64,000 nt of DNA from an uncultured Actinomycetota bacterium (GTDB lineage Bacteria; Actinomycetota; UBA4738; HRBIN12): NCBI GenBank assembly GCA_963746335.1, contig CAVVAK010000004.1, positions 109,987 through 173,986 on the forward strand. Reading direction: 5' to 3'. How positions within the stretch are numbered: the first letter of the stretch is position 1; each line of letters begins with the position of its first letter. The notes below the pieces were generated by a model. That model had not been told where the DNA came from. It worked only from the letters and a program-made list of their open reading frames with translations, and did not search any database. Below, piece after piece: positions 9,441 to 18,872 of this stretch. The translations under genes were made by a program, and so were the position numbers.

Positions 9441-12434
9441 GTGGGCGAGATCGGTCGAACCGGGAGGCGAGGGGGGCGCGATGCTCGCGCGTCTCGCGCC
9501 GTGCCCGCCCCCCTGAACGCCGAGCTCCTGGATCAGCTCGCCGACGCGGTGCTCGTGGCCGACGAGGACGGTCACTACGTGGAGGCCAACCTCGCCGCAG
9601 CCACCTTGCTCGGCTACTCACACACAGAGCTCTTGTCGATGTCGGTCGTCGATCTGACCGCGCGTCCGCCCGAGTGGAGCGAGTCGGAGTTCATGCGCTT
9701 CTCGAAGGACGGTTACTGGCGAGGCATGGTCGATCTCCGAAGGAAGGACGGCTCGCTCGTACCCGTCGAAGCGCGCGCGAGCATCCTCGAGACCCCGGAG
9801 GGTCGCTGGGGTATCGCGGTCGTTCGCGAGATCGATGACGAAGCGATGATCTCATCAACGGTCGCAGAACGCCGCCTCGCCGCGATCGTCCAGTCCTCCG
9901 ACGATGCGATCTACAGCGTCACACCCGACGGCTTGATCGAGAGCTGGAACCCCGCGGCGGAACGCCTATACGGCTATCGCGCCGAGGAGATCGTGGGGAA
10001 GCATGTGTCGCTCACGGTGCCACCGGAACGTCGGGCCGAGATCGATCAGAACATCCGACGCGTGATGGCCGGCGAGCACCTGCAGGATCAGGAGACCGTT
10101 CGGCTCGCCAAGGACGGCGGGACGGTCGACGTCTCGCTGACGATCTCCCCCATCCACGACCTCGAAGGCAAGGTGACCGGGATGTCGACCAGCGCCCGCG
10201 ACATCACCGACCGGAAGCGGGGCGAGGAACGCGCGCGGGCGCTGGCGCGAGCCCTGGAGGAAGCACGAGACACCCTGCAGCTCGTGACGCTGGGCGCAGC
10301 CGACGGCATCACGATCCAGGATTCGGAAGGACGATTGGTCTACGCCAACCTCGCCGCCGCGCGCATATCGGGCTACCGGTCGGTCGAGGAGTTCCTAGCC
10401 GCGGATCCGCGTGAGCGGCTCGCGCACTGGATCATGTTGACCGAAGAGGGCGAGCCCTTCCCGATCGACGAGCTCCCCGGCCGTCGCGTCCTCGCGGGCG
10501 ATCCCGAGGCCGAGACGGTGCTCCGTGTCCGCGACCGTCGGGACGGTCACGAGTTCTGGTCGCTCGTCAAGGCGACGGCCACCTTCGACGAACAGGGCAG
10601 GGTGCGCCACGCGATCAACCTGTTCCGCGACATCACGGGTCAGAAGGAGGCAGAGCGGAGCGCCCAGCGCAAGGCGAACCAGATGTCCCACCTCTACGCG
10701 ATCACGGCGGCCCTGTCGGAGACCACGGACATCGGGGTGGTCGCGGAGGCGTTGGCCGAGCAGACCCTGACGGCGTTCGAAGCCTCCCGGGGAGCGGTCG
10801 TCCTCTTGTCTCAGGACGGGGAGGCTCTCGAGACCGTCGCTTGGCGAGGACACCAGCCCGCGGTGATCGATCGCTGGCGGCGATTCCCGCTGGCCGCCAC
10901 CACGCCTATCGGCGATGCCGTCCTCAGGAACGAACCCGTGATCCTTTCGAGTCGGGACGAGTGGCTCGCCAGATATCCGGGACTCGACCCGGCACAGGTC
11001 CCCGCAGCATCGGCGTCGATCCCGCTCGATATCGGAGACCGGGCCATCGGGGGCCTCACGTTGAGCTTCGACGAACCTCGGGAGTTCACCGACGAGGACG
11101 TCGGGTTCATGCTGGGCGCTGCTCGGCAGGGAGCGCAGGCGTTGGAGCGCGCGCGTTCCGAGGAGGTCCGGCGCCTCGCCGAGGCTCGCCTGTCGCTCCT
11201 CGCCCGCGCAGGTGGACTCCTCGCCGAGTCCCTCGACTACCGGAAGACGCTCGGGGCCGTGGTCGACCTCGTCGTGCCACAGCTCGCCGACTGGGCATCC
11301 GTCGAGATCTTGGAACCGGACGGGTCGATCCGATCGCTCGCCTTGGCACACGTGGATCCCGAGAAGGTGGCGTTCGCGAAGGAGTTCCGGCGGCGCCGGC
11401 CACCGGAGCTGTCCTCGCCGACGGGTGTCGGGCATGTGATCACGACCGGTCAACCGGAGGTCGTCCCCGAGATCACGGAGGAGATGGTCGCCGCCATCGA
11501 CGATCCGGAAGTGGAAGAGCTGGTGCGAGAGCTCCAGTTGCATTCGGCCATGACCGTGCCGTTGTCGGCCCGGGGCAGGACGCTCGGAGCGATGACGTTC
11601 GTGTGGGCCGAGTCGGGAAGGACCTACACGTCGGCCGACCTGGCACTCGCTGAAACGCTCGCCGCGCGGGTCGCGCTCGTGATCGACAACGCGCGCCTGT
11701 ATCGGGACCGCGACCACATCGCCAGGACCCTGCAGCAGAGCTTGCTCCCTCCCGAGCCCCCGTCGATCGAAGGCGTCGAGCTTGCGGCCCGGTATCGGCC
11801 GGCCGGTGAGGGCATCGACGTCGGCGGAGACTTCTACGACGCGTTCGACATCGGCGACGGCGAGTGGACGGTGGCGCTGGGTGACGTGGTCGGGAAGGGT
11901 CCGGACGCCGCGGCGCTGATGGGGATGGTGCGACACACGATCCGAGCCGCGGCGATCCGCGAACGCGCCCCCGCCCGGGTCCTCGCCACCGTGAATGCCG
12001 CGGTCGGCCGGCAGACGTCGGAGGAGCAGTTCTGTACCGCCGTCGCCGCACGGCTGCGTCCCCAGGGGGACCGGGTGATCGCATGGATCTGCGTGGCGGG
12101 CCATCCGCCGCCCGTGATCGTCCGCGCCGATGGATCCCTGCACTGGATCCGCGGGGCGGGAGCGCTCCTGGGCGTCTTCGACGACGCCAACCTCGCCGAT
12201 GAGGAGGTCCGGCTCGCTGCGGGTGACACGCTGGTCCTGTACACCGACGGCGTGACCGAGGAGGGCGGCGCGGAGCGCCCCTTCGGGGAGGAAGGGCTCG
12301 CGGCCATCCTCCGAGCAGCGGCCGGCGCGACGACCTCGGAGATCGTCGGACGCATCGAGGAAGCGGTGATCGCCCACGGCTCGGGCGAGCCGAGGGACGA
12401 CATCGCGATCCTCGCGGTCAGGGCGACCGGATAG
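9441..12434 (+). CDS. Multi-domain sensor protein with PAS x3, GAF x2 and a PP2C (SpoIIE/RsbU-type) serine phosphatase domain. About 998 aa.
   Basis: PAS 'WNPAAERLYGY' repeats, GAF blocks, and a C-terminal 'GGDFYD...GDVVGKG...LVLYTDGVTE' PP2C motif. GTG start with a ribosome-binding site is the best in-frame start. Confidence 0.8.
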   Translation: MGEIGRTGRRGGRDARASRAVPAPLNAELLDQLADAVLVADEDGHYVEANLAAATLLGYSHTELLSMSVVDLTARPPEWSESEFMRFSKDGYWRGMVDLRRKDGSLVPVEARASILETPEGRWGIAVVREIDDEAMISSTVAERRLAAIVQSSDDAIYSVTPDGLIESWNPAAERLYGYRAEEIVGKHVSLTVPPERRAEIDQNIRRVMAGEHLQDQETVRLAKDGGTVDVSLTISPIHDLEGKVTGMSTSARDITDRKRGEERARALARALEEARDTLQLVTLGAADGITIQDSEGRLVYANLAAARISGYRSVEEFLAADPRERLAHWIMLTEEGEPFPIDELPGRRVLAGDPEAETVLRVRDRRDGHEFWSLVKATATFDEQGRVRHAINLFRDITGQKEAERSAQRKANQMSHLYAITAALSETTDIGVVAEALAEQTLTAFEASRGAVVLLSQDGEALETVAWRGHQPAVIDRWRRFPLAATTPIGDAVLRNEPVILSSRDEWLARYPGLDPAQVPAASASIPLDIGDRAIGGLTLSFDEPREFTDEDVGFMLGAARQGAQALERARSEEVRRLAEARLSLLARAGGLLAESLDYRKTLGAVVDLVVPQLADWASVEILEPDGSIRSLALAHVDPEKVAFAKEFRRRRPPELSSPTGVGHVITTGQPEVVPEITEEMVAAIDDPEVEELVRELQLHSAMTVPLSARGRTLGAMTFVWAESGRTYTSADLALAETLAARVALVIDNARLYRDRDHIARTLQQSLLPPEPPSIEGVELAARYRPAGEGIDVGGDFYDAFDIGDGEWTVALGDVVGKGPDAAALMGMVRHTIRAAAIRERAPARVLATVNAAVGRQTSEEQFCTAVAARLRPQGDRVIAWICVAGHPPPVIVRADGSLHWIRGAGALLGVFDDANLADEEVRLAAGDTLVLYTDGVTEEGGAERPFGEEGLAAILRAAAGATTSEIVGRIEEAVIAHGSGEPRDDIAILAVRATG

Positions 12435-12440
12435 CGGCGC

Positions 12441-12740
12441 CTAGGGCTGCCACGCGCCGACCGCCGTTCGGAACGGGTGCACGTCGATGTCCTTCCAGAC
12501 CCCCTCCGTGACGTATGGATCGCCTGCGAGCCAGGCGTCCAGGTCCTCTCGTTCGGGGAACTCGACGAGGAGCATCGACCCGATCATGTCGCCGACGTCG
12601 TTCAGGATCGCGCCGCCGACCAACACGTTGCCTTCCTCGACGAGCGGCCCGATCGATCCGAGATGCGTCGGCCGCGTTCTCCGCCGCCGCTCGAGTGCAC
12701 CCCCGTCGGTCCCGTCCTTCGCGATCACCAAGAACTGCAT
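12441..12740 (-). CDS. YciI-like protein.
   Basis: 'MQFLVIAKDG...GGAILNDVGDMIGSMLLVEF' YCII-family fold signature. Confidence 0.65.
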   Translation of the reverse strand: MQFLVIAKDGTDGGALERRRRTRPTHLGSIGPLVEEGNVLVGGAILNDVGDMIGSMLLVEFPEREDLDAWLAGDPYVTEGVWKDIDVHPFRTAVGAWQP

Positions 12741-12801
12741 ACCGGTCCTCCTCGTGTCGTTCGGTCCGTGGGCGCTCGATGTCGAGATCGGGGAGAGACC
12801 A

Positions 12802-13035
12802 CTAGTTGTGGCTGACGCCTTCGAACCACCTTTCGCGGCGACGTTCGACATGAACGAAGTACGTGTACTCGCGTGGCGGCTCGTTGGTCGCCAGTTCGAC
12901 CTCGACCTCATCCTTCCCGAGCATGGCGGTGCACCCGGAGCTCTGCGCTTCCCTTCGGACGCACACGATTCTTGCCAGTCCGGCAGGGAAGCCGGCGAGC
13001 GCCGCCTCTTCCGGCGTCGGGTAGCTCTTCTCCAT
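12802..13035 (-). CDS. Small hypothetical protein (77 aa).
   Basis: ORF only. A plausible start sits within 20 nt of the permease stop. Confidence 0.35.
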   Translation of the reverse strand: MEKSYPTPEEAALAGFPAGLARIVCVRREAQSSGCTAMLGKDEVEVELATNEPPREYTYFVHVERRRERWFEGVSHN

Positions 13036-13054
13036 GTCCAGCCCTCGGCCTCGA

Positions 13055-13969
13055 TCACTGCACGTCGCGGGTGCGAACGAAGATGGATCCGATGGCGAGC
13101 ACGACCGCGGTGTAGCCGAGGATCACCAACATCGAGCGACCGGGAGAAAGGGCGAACGATCCACCAGGGAACCCGTACTCACTCGTCCGCCAGCTCAGGA
13201 ACGCAACCAGGTTGTCGCCGAGCAACCACGGTGTCCAGAGGGGTCGCAGCCCGCGCACCAATCCCTCGAGCACGGCCGTCCACACGAACACCACGCCGAG
13301 CGCGGCGGCGGTATGGCGGCCGATCGCGGCCACTGCTCCACCGATGACGGCCGAGACGGCCGCGGCCACCGACACCCTGAGCGATGTCGCCAGCGCGTCG
13401 GTCCACCAGGCACCGTCCACACCGGTCGTGGATCCACGCAGCATCGCGGCGAGGCCGAGCCCCGCCGACAGGAACGCGAGGATCACGGTCGTCACGGCGA
13501 GGACCCCGGCGACGAGGACCAGGATCCGAGCCGAGAACCACAGGAGGCGCCGAGGCTCCCACGTGAAGATCGTGCTGATGGTTCCGGTCTGCCAGGACAC
13601 GGCCACGAACGACGCACCGATCACGAGTCCGAGGATGCTCGTGATCGAGGAGATCCCCTCGAGGATCTGTGGGAGGTCGACGAGCGCGAGGTGCGACGGC
13701 ATGTACTGGTTCGGGTTCCCCGCGTTGTCGCGACAGATGTCCTCTTTGGAGCCTTCGAATTCCGCTCCGAAGTCGCTGTTCATGCAGAACTGGAACTCCT
13801 GCTCCGCTTGCGCCTCCGCCGCCGCACGGACTTCCGGGCTCGGCGGCGTGGACTGCCAGGCGGCGATCACGACACCGATGCCGGTCGCGAGGAGGGCTCC
13901 GCCCAGCATGACCACCACCAGCCTCCGCGAACGGAAGCGAAGGAGCTCGGATGCAAGCAGGCGCGTCAT
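13055..13969 (-). CDS. ABC-2 type transporter permease.
   Basis: Six predicted TM helices, overlaps the upstream ATPase by 4 nt. Confidence 0.75.
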   Translation of the reverse strand: MTRLLASELLRFRSRRLVVVMLGGALLATGIGVVIAAWQSTPPSPEVRAAAEAQAEQEFQFCMNSDFGAEFEGSKEDICRDNAGNPNQYMPSHLALVDLPQILEGISSITSILGLVIGASFVAVSWQTGTISTIFTWEPRRLLWFSARILVLVAGVLAVTTVILAFLSAGLGLAAMLRGSTTGVDGAWWTDALATSLRVSVAAAVSAVIGGAVAAIGRHTAAALGVVFVWTAVLEGLVRGLRPLWTPWLLGDNLVAFLSWRTSEYGFPGGSFALSPGRSMLVILGYTAVVLAIGSIFVRTRDVQ

Positions 13970-14895
13970 GCACCCACCTCGTGCTCGCCGCCGGTGAGTT
14001 CCAGGAACGCCTGTTCGAGGTTGCCTTCGTCCGGCTGGAGGAGCGACGGGTAGATCCCCTTCGCTGCGAGGGCCCGCGCCACGCGCTCTCCCTCCTCCGG
14101 TGGGACCGCCGCTCGGATGAGATCGCCGTCGATGGTCGCGGCGATGCCCGCATCGCTGAGCGCGAGACGGCCCGCCTCGAGGTCGGGAACACGCACGGCG
14201 AGGCGCGCTCCCCGTCCCGACGCGAGCACGTCGTGGACCGAACCGGCCGCGACCAAGCGACCTCGTGCGAGGATCGCGACCCGATCCGCGACCTGCTGGA
14301 CCTCCGAGAGGATGTGGCTGGAGACGAACACGGTCCGGCCTTCCGCACCGAGACCCCGCAGGAGGTCGCGCACCTCGACGATCCCGGCGGGATCGAGGCC
14401 GTTGGCGGGCTCGTCGAGGATCAGCAGTGACGGATCCTTCAGCAACGCCGCGGCGATGCCGAGGCGTTGCTTCATCCCGAGCGAATACGTCCGAACCATG
14501 TCGTCGGCGCGGGCCGCGAGCCCGACGCGATCGAGCGCCGCATCGACGGCATCGCGAGCGATGCCGTCGATCCTCGCGAGGATCTGCAGGTTCCGCCTCC
14601 CCGTGAACCGGGGGTACAGGGCGGGCGCTTCCACGATCGACCCGACCCGTCGGATCACACTGGGAAGCCCACGAGGAACGTCGTTACCGAGGAGGCGGGC
14701 CCTGCCGGCCGAGGCCGCGACGAGTCCGAGGAGGCAGCGGATCGTCGTCGTCTTGCCGGCCCCGTTCGGCCCGAGGAATCCGAACACCCCGCCCTCCGTG
14801 ACTTCGAGGTCCAGCCCGTCGAGGGCGACGGTCGATGGACGGCGCAACCGTCGATACTCCTTGCGGAGGCCTTCGATCTCGATCACGGGTGCCAT
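13966..14895 (-). CDS. ABC transporter ATP-binding protein (exporter type).
   Basis: Walker A 'GPNGAGKTT', signature 'YSLGMKQRL', Walker B 'LILDEP'. Confidence 0.9.
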   Translation of the reverse strand: MAPVIEIEGLRKEYRRLRRPSTVALDGLDLEVTEGGVFGFLGPNGAGKTTTIRCLLGLVAASAGRARLLGNDVPRGLPSVIRRVGSIVEAPALYPRFTGRRNLQILARIDGIARDAVDAALDRVGLAARADDMVRTYSLGMKQRLGIAAALLKDPSLLILDEPANGLDPAGIVEVRDLLRGLGAEGRTVFVSSHILSEVQQVADRVAILARGRLVAAGSVHDVLASGRGARLAVRVPDLEAGRLALSDAGIAATIDGDLIRAAVPPEEGERVARALAAKGIYPSLLQPDEGNLEQAFLELTGGEHEVGA

Positions 14896-14979
14896 CGCGT
14901 CCGACGGTACTCGCAGTTCGAGAGCCGGGCACGGAGCGTCGCCCAGTTGCTACCGTCCGGCGGAGCGAAGGGAGCACCG

Positions 14980-17067
14980 GTGGACCCGAACCATGAGATC
15001 TTGTTCGAGCCCGTCACGATCGGCCCGAAGACGCTCCGGAACCGCTTCTACCAGGTCCCCCATTGCTCGGGATTCGGCACCGAGAAGCCGTGGACGCAGG
15101 CCGCGCATCGCGGTGTGAAGGCCGAGGGCGGCTGGGCGGCGGTCTGCACCGAGTACGCGCCGTTCTCTCCCGAGTCCGACGAGGCGCCGTTGATCGCCGC
15201 GAGATTCTGGGACGAGGACGACATGCGGGCGCTGCGTCTGATGACGGACGCCGCGCACGAGCACGGCGCGCTGGCAGGGCTCGAGCTGCACCACACGGGC
15301 GCGCACGCGCCGAACACCCAGACCCGGCTGCCCTCGATCGCGCCGAGCCAGCTCGCCTCCGACCTGGAACCGCACGTCGTCCCGAAGGAGATGGAGACGG
15401 CGGACATCCGTCGGGTGGTGGATGGCTGGGCCGAGGCGGCGGTGCGCGCGCGCGACTGCGGATTCGACATCGTCTACGTGTACGGCGCCCACTCGTACCT
15501 GCCGATGCAGTTCCTCTCGCCCTTCTACAACAAGCGCGCCGACGCCTACGGCGGAACGCTGAAGGATCGCGCTCGCTTCTGGCTCGAGACGCTCGAACGG
15601 GTGCGCGATGCGGTCGGCGCGGACTGCGCGATCGTGACCCGTATCGCGGTGGACGCGCTCGGGCCGGCCGGTATCCATGTCGAGGAGGCGTTGAAGTTCG
15701 TCAATCTAGCTGACGACCTCGTGGATCTCTGGGACGTGAACGTCGGCTCGATCGCGTACTGGAGCAAGGACTCGGGCACGTCTCGCTACTTCGAGGAGGG
15801 CTACCAGCTCGAGTGGACCGGCGGGATCCGCCAGGCGACCGCGAAGCCGATCGTCGGCGTCGGCCGGCTCACCAACCCCGACCGCATGGCCTCGATCGTG
15901 CGAAGCGGGGCATGGGACCTCATCGGCGCCGCCCGGCCGTCGATCGCCGACCCGTTCCTCCCGCAGAAGATCTCCGAGGCCCGCACCGACGAGATCCGCG
16001 AGTGCACCGGGTCGAACGTCTGCATCATGAAGGTCGACGGGTTCGGGCACCTCGGCTGCATCCAGAACGCGACGGCCGGCGAGGAACACCGGCGCGGCTG
16101 GCACCCCGAGCGGTTCTCGGTGGCATCGAACGCTGAGAAAGGAGTCCTCGTCGTCGGCGCCGGTCCGGCTGGGATGGAGTGCGCCGTCACGCTCGGCCGG
16201 CGTGGGTTCGAGGCTGTGCACCTGGTGGAGGCGGAGCCCGAGATCGGGGGACGGATGCGATGGGTGCGACGGCTCCCGACCCTCGGCGACTGGGGACGGA
16301 TCGTCGACCATCGCAAGGTGATGCTGTCGAAGCTCCGGAACGTCGAGGTCGTGACCGGGCGTCGGCTCTCGGCGGAGGACGTGCGCGACTACGGCGCGCA
16401 GCTCGTCGTGGTGGCGACCGGCTCGCGGTGGTCCGGCGAGGGCGTGCAATCATCGACCCACGAGCCGATCGACGGTGCCTCGGCATCCCTCCCCCACGTC
16501 CTGACGCCGGAGCAGGTGATGAACGGGAAGCGGCCCGATGGATCCCGCGTGGTCGTCTACGACGCGGAGGGATACTTCGTGGGACCCGGGATCGCGGAGC
16601 TCCTCGCGGACGAAGGGCTCGAGACGCATCTCGTCACGTCGCTCGAGACAGTGTCGCCGATCTCCGATCTGACGCTCGAAGGGCCGATGCTCCGCCAGCA
16701 CCTCCACGAGCGCGGGGTGACGGCCCACCGAGGTGTCACGGTGCTCTCCGTCGAACCCGGCCGCGTCTCGGGAGAGGACGAGTTCGAGGAGCCGTGGTCC
16801 CTCGAGGCGGACGGGATCGTACTGGTCACGCAGCAGGTCTCCGACGACACGCTGTACCGGGAACTCGTCGGGGATGGCTCTGCGCTCGAGGAGTCGGGGA
16901 TCGAAGCGGTCTACCGGATCGGGGACTGCGTGGCGCCGCGGATGATCTCGGAGGCCATCTTCGACGGCCATCGACTCGCTCGCGAGATCGACGGCCCGGA
17001 CCCGACGATCGCGCTGCCCTTCGACCGCGAACGGAACGTGCCCGACGTCGAGCCCGTCGCGAGATGA
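14980..17067 (+). CDS. FMN/FAD oxidoreductase of the 2,4-dienoyl-CoA reductase / trimethylamine dehydrogenase family (OYE TIM barrel, 4Fe-4S, FAD/NAD(P) domain).
   Basis: 'FEPVTIGPKTLRNRFYQVPHCSG' OYE N-terminus, a 'CTGSNVCI...GCIQN' cluster and 'VGAGPAGME' Rossmann fold. GTG start with an AGGGAG ribosome-binding site. Confidence 0.8.
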   Translation: MDPNHEILFEPVTIGPKTLRNRFYQVPHCSGFGTEKPWTQAAHRGVKAEGGWAAVCTEYAPFSPESDEAPLIAARFWDEDDMRALRLMTDAAHEHGALAGLELHHTGAHAPNTQTRLPSIAPSQLASDLEPHVVPKEMETADIRRVVDGWAEAAVRARDCGFDIVYVYGAHSYLPMQFLSPFYNKRADAYGGTLKDRARFWLETLERVRDAVGADCAIVTRIAVDALGPAGIHVEEALKFVNLADDLVDLWDVNVGSIAYWSKDSGTSRYFEEGYQLEWTGGIRQATAKPIVGVGRLTNPDRMASIVRSGAWDLIGAARPSIADPFLPQKISEARTDEIRECTGSNVCIMKVDGFGHLGCIQNATAGEEHRRGWHPERFSVASNAEKGVLVVGAGPAGMECAVTLGRRGFEAVHLVEAEPEIGGRMRWVRRLPTLGDWGRIVDHRKVMLSKLRNVEVVTGRRLSAEDVRDYGAQLVVVATGSRWSGEGVQSSTHEPIDGASASLPHVLTPEQVMNGKRPDGSRVVVYDAEGYFVGPGIAELLADEGLETHLVTSLETVSPISDLTLEGPMLRQHLHERGVTAHRGVTVLSVEPGRVSGEDEFEEPWSLEADGIVLVTQQVSDDTLYRELVGDGSALEESGIEAVYRIGDCVAPRMISEAIFDGHRLAREIDGPDPTIALPFDRERNVPDVEPVAR

Positions 17068-17076
17068 TGCCGGGAC

Positions 17077-18345
17077 ATGGACACGAAGCCGCTCGGCACG
17101 GATCTTCCCGACGGCGTCCGGTTCATCGGGCCGGAGGTCGACTGGGAGTCCGGATGGGCACCGGGTGACGCGCCATCCGTCGCCGACCTGAACGCCTGTG
17201 TCGCCTGCGGTCTGTGCCTGCCCCACTGTCCGACGTACCGCCTGACCGGAGAAGAGTCTGCGTCGCCACGCGGCCGCATCACCGCGATGCGGGCGGTCCA
17301 CGAGGGCCGCGCGGCGACGGACGAGACGTTCGCGGAGTTCATGGACCTTTGCCTCGTCTGCCGCGCATGTGAGGATGTCTGTCCATCCCACGTCCCCTTC
17401 GGTCGGATGATGGAGGCGGCGCGGACCCAGATCGAGCCGTTCCGGTCGAGGCGCACGAGGTTCCTCCGGTGGGTCGGGCTCGACGTGGTGCTTCCTTCGC
17501 GGAAGCTCATGTGGCTCGCGGCCGCGCTCGCTCCGCTGGCGCGCCCCTTCCTCCCCGCTCGGGTCCGGGCGTTGATCCCTCGAGGTGGCGGTGAGTCGTT
17601 CAGCCGGCTCCCCCGCGTCACGGAACCACAGGGCGAGGTCCGGGGGACGGTCGCGCTGCTCTCCGGGTGCGTGCAGGACCGCTGGTTCCGGCGGGTGAAC
17701 CGCGCGACGATCCGGGTGCTCGCGAGGAACGGCTGGCGCGTCGTCGTGCCGCGCGCGCAGACGTGCTGCGGAGCACTTGCCGCTCACAACGGACACCTCG
17801 AGACGGCGCGCAAGCTCGCGAAGAAGAACGCGGCTGCGTTGGCTTCCGTGGACCACGTCGTCGTGAACGCCGCCGGATGCGGCGCGCACATGCAGTCGTA
17901 TGGCGACCTGGTCGAAGGCGCCGATCTCCCCGTGCGCGACGTGATGGAGTTCATGCACGCCGAGGGCCTCGCCGGCGACGCGGGCTCGCTGTCCCAGCGC
18001 ACCCGCGTCGCGTACCACGACGCCTGTCACGCACTGCGGGCCCAGAAGATCCACGATCAGCCGCGCGAGCTGCTCCGGGCCATCGGCAACCTGGAGCTCG
18101 TCGAGATCCCGAACGGTGACCGCTGCTGCGGCGCCGCCGGGATCTACAACATCACCGAGCCGGAGATGTCCGGCCGTCTGATGCGTGAGAAGGCCGAAGC
18201 GGTCGTCTCGACGGGTGCAGCTGCGGTTGCCTCCGGCAACCCCGGCTGCACCATGCAGCTGCTCGCCGGCCTCCGTGAGAAGGGCGTCGTGCTAGACGTC
18301 ATCCATCCGATCGAGCTACTCGACGCCGCAGCGCACCGAGCGTGA
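17077..18345 (+). CDS. (Fe-S)-binding oxidoreductase, GlcF/LutA-like (two ferredoxin motifs and two CCG domains).
   Basis: 'CVACGLCLPHCP' and 'CLVCRACEDVCP'. 10-nt gap from the upstream gene. Confidence 0.8.
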   Translation: MDTKPLGTDLPDGVRFIGPEVDWESGWAPGDAPSVADLNACVACGLCLPHCPTYRLTGEESASPRGRITAMRAVHEGRAATDETFAEFMDLCLVCRACEDVCPSHVPFGRMMEAARTQIEPFRSRRTRFLRWVGLDVVLPSRKLMWLAAALAPLARPFLPARVRALIPRGGGESFSRLPRVTEPQGEVRGTVALLSGCVQDRWFRRVNRATIRVLARNGWRVVVPRAQTCCGALAAHNGHLETARKLAKKNAAALASVDHVVVNAAGCGAHMQSYGDLVEGADLPVRDVMEFMHAEGLAGDAGSLSQRTRVAYHDACHALRAQKIHDQPRELLRAIGNLELVEIPNGDRCCGAAGIYNITEPEMSGRLMREKAEAVVSTGAAAVASGNPGCTMQLLAGLREKGVVLDVIHPIELLDAAAHRA

Positions 18346-18346
18346 G

Positions 18347-18829
18347 CTACCAGCGGGGGTCGTTCGCAAGCAGCGCGGCCTCGCCCGTGCAATCGGTCCC
18401 GGCTCCGTAGCGAGGGTCCGCACCCACACCGAGCCGGATGTAGAAGCACGCGCCGGGCCGAGCCTGCACTGCCGCCGCCCACACCGTGTCCGACGACGAG
18501 ACGCTCACGACGTCGAGGCCGAACGACGCCTCGTTCGCGGCACGGAACGCCAGGTCGGGGACATCGTCCTCGAGCGCCTCAGCGTCGGCTTCCTCGAACG
18601 AACCCGTCCGGCCGTACACGATCTCGGCCGCGGCCTGCGCTCGGCGGAGCGAGTCCTGCGCGTGCCCGATCGAGTTCGCCAGCGGCCGGTTCGCGAAGAT
18701 CTCCACGAGCAGGAAAAGTCCGCCCACCAGCAGCGTCCCCGCGATGACCCAGAACCCCCGATTCGAGTGGGGCGGCTCGGGTCCCAGCTCGTCGTCGTAG
18801 GCCCGGATGAGGTCGTCGTCGGTCGCCAT
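18347..18829 (-). CDS. Membrane-anchored hypothetical protein with a C-terminal Cys motif (paralog P1 of a three-member family in this window).
   Basis: Single TM 'FWVIAGTLLVGGLFLLV'. C-terminus 'WAAAVQARPGACFYIRLG...YGAGTDCTGEAA' matches the proteins at 43.3-44.4 kb. Confidence 0.55.
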   Translation of the reverse strand: MATDDDLIRAYDDELGPEPPHSNRGFWVIAGTLLVGGLFLLVEIFANRPLANSIGHAQDSLRRAQAAAEIVYGRTGSFEEADAEALEDDVPDLAFRAANEASFGLDVVSVSSSDTVWAAAVQARPGACFYIRLGVGADPRYGAGTDCTGEAALLANDPRW

Positions 18830-18872
18830 CACCCGCAGGGTACGAAACCGCCGATCCGATACGTTCGCCGTC

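Noticed and set aside
479-18054. Many long reverse-strand or alternate-frame ORFs in the six-frame track. Examples are 479..1405 (-), 2158..3699 (-), 4392..5870 (-), 10395..12377 (-), 13179..14348 (-), 16450..18054 (-) and 14117..15118 (+).
   Set aside because: Their translations are Arg/Pro/Gly-rich low-complexity sequences antisense to well-supported genes. They are typical GC-rich stop-codon-poor artefacts and have no recognisable motifs.
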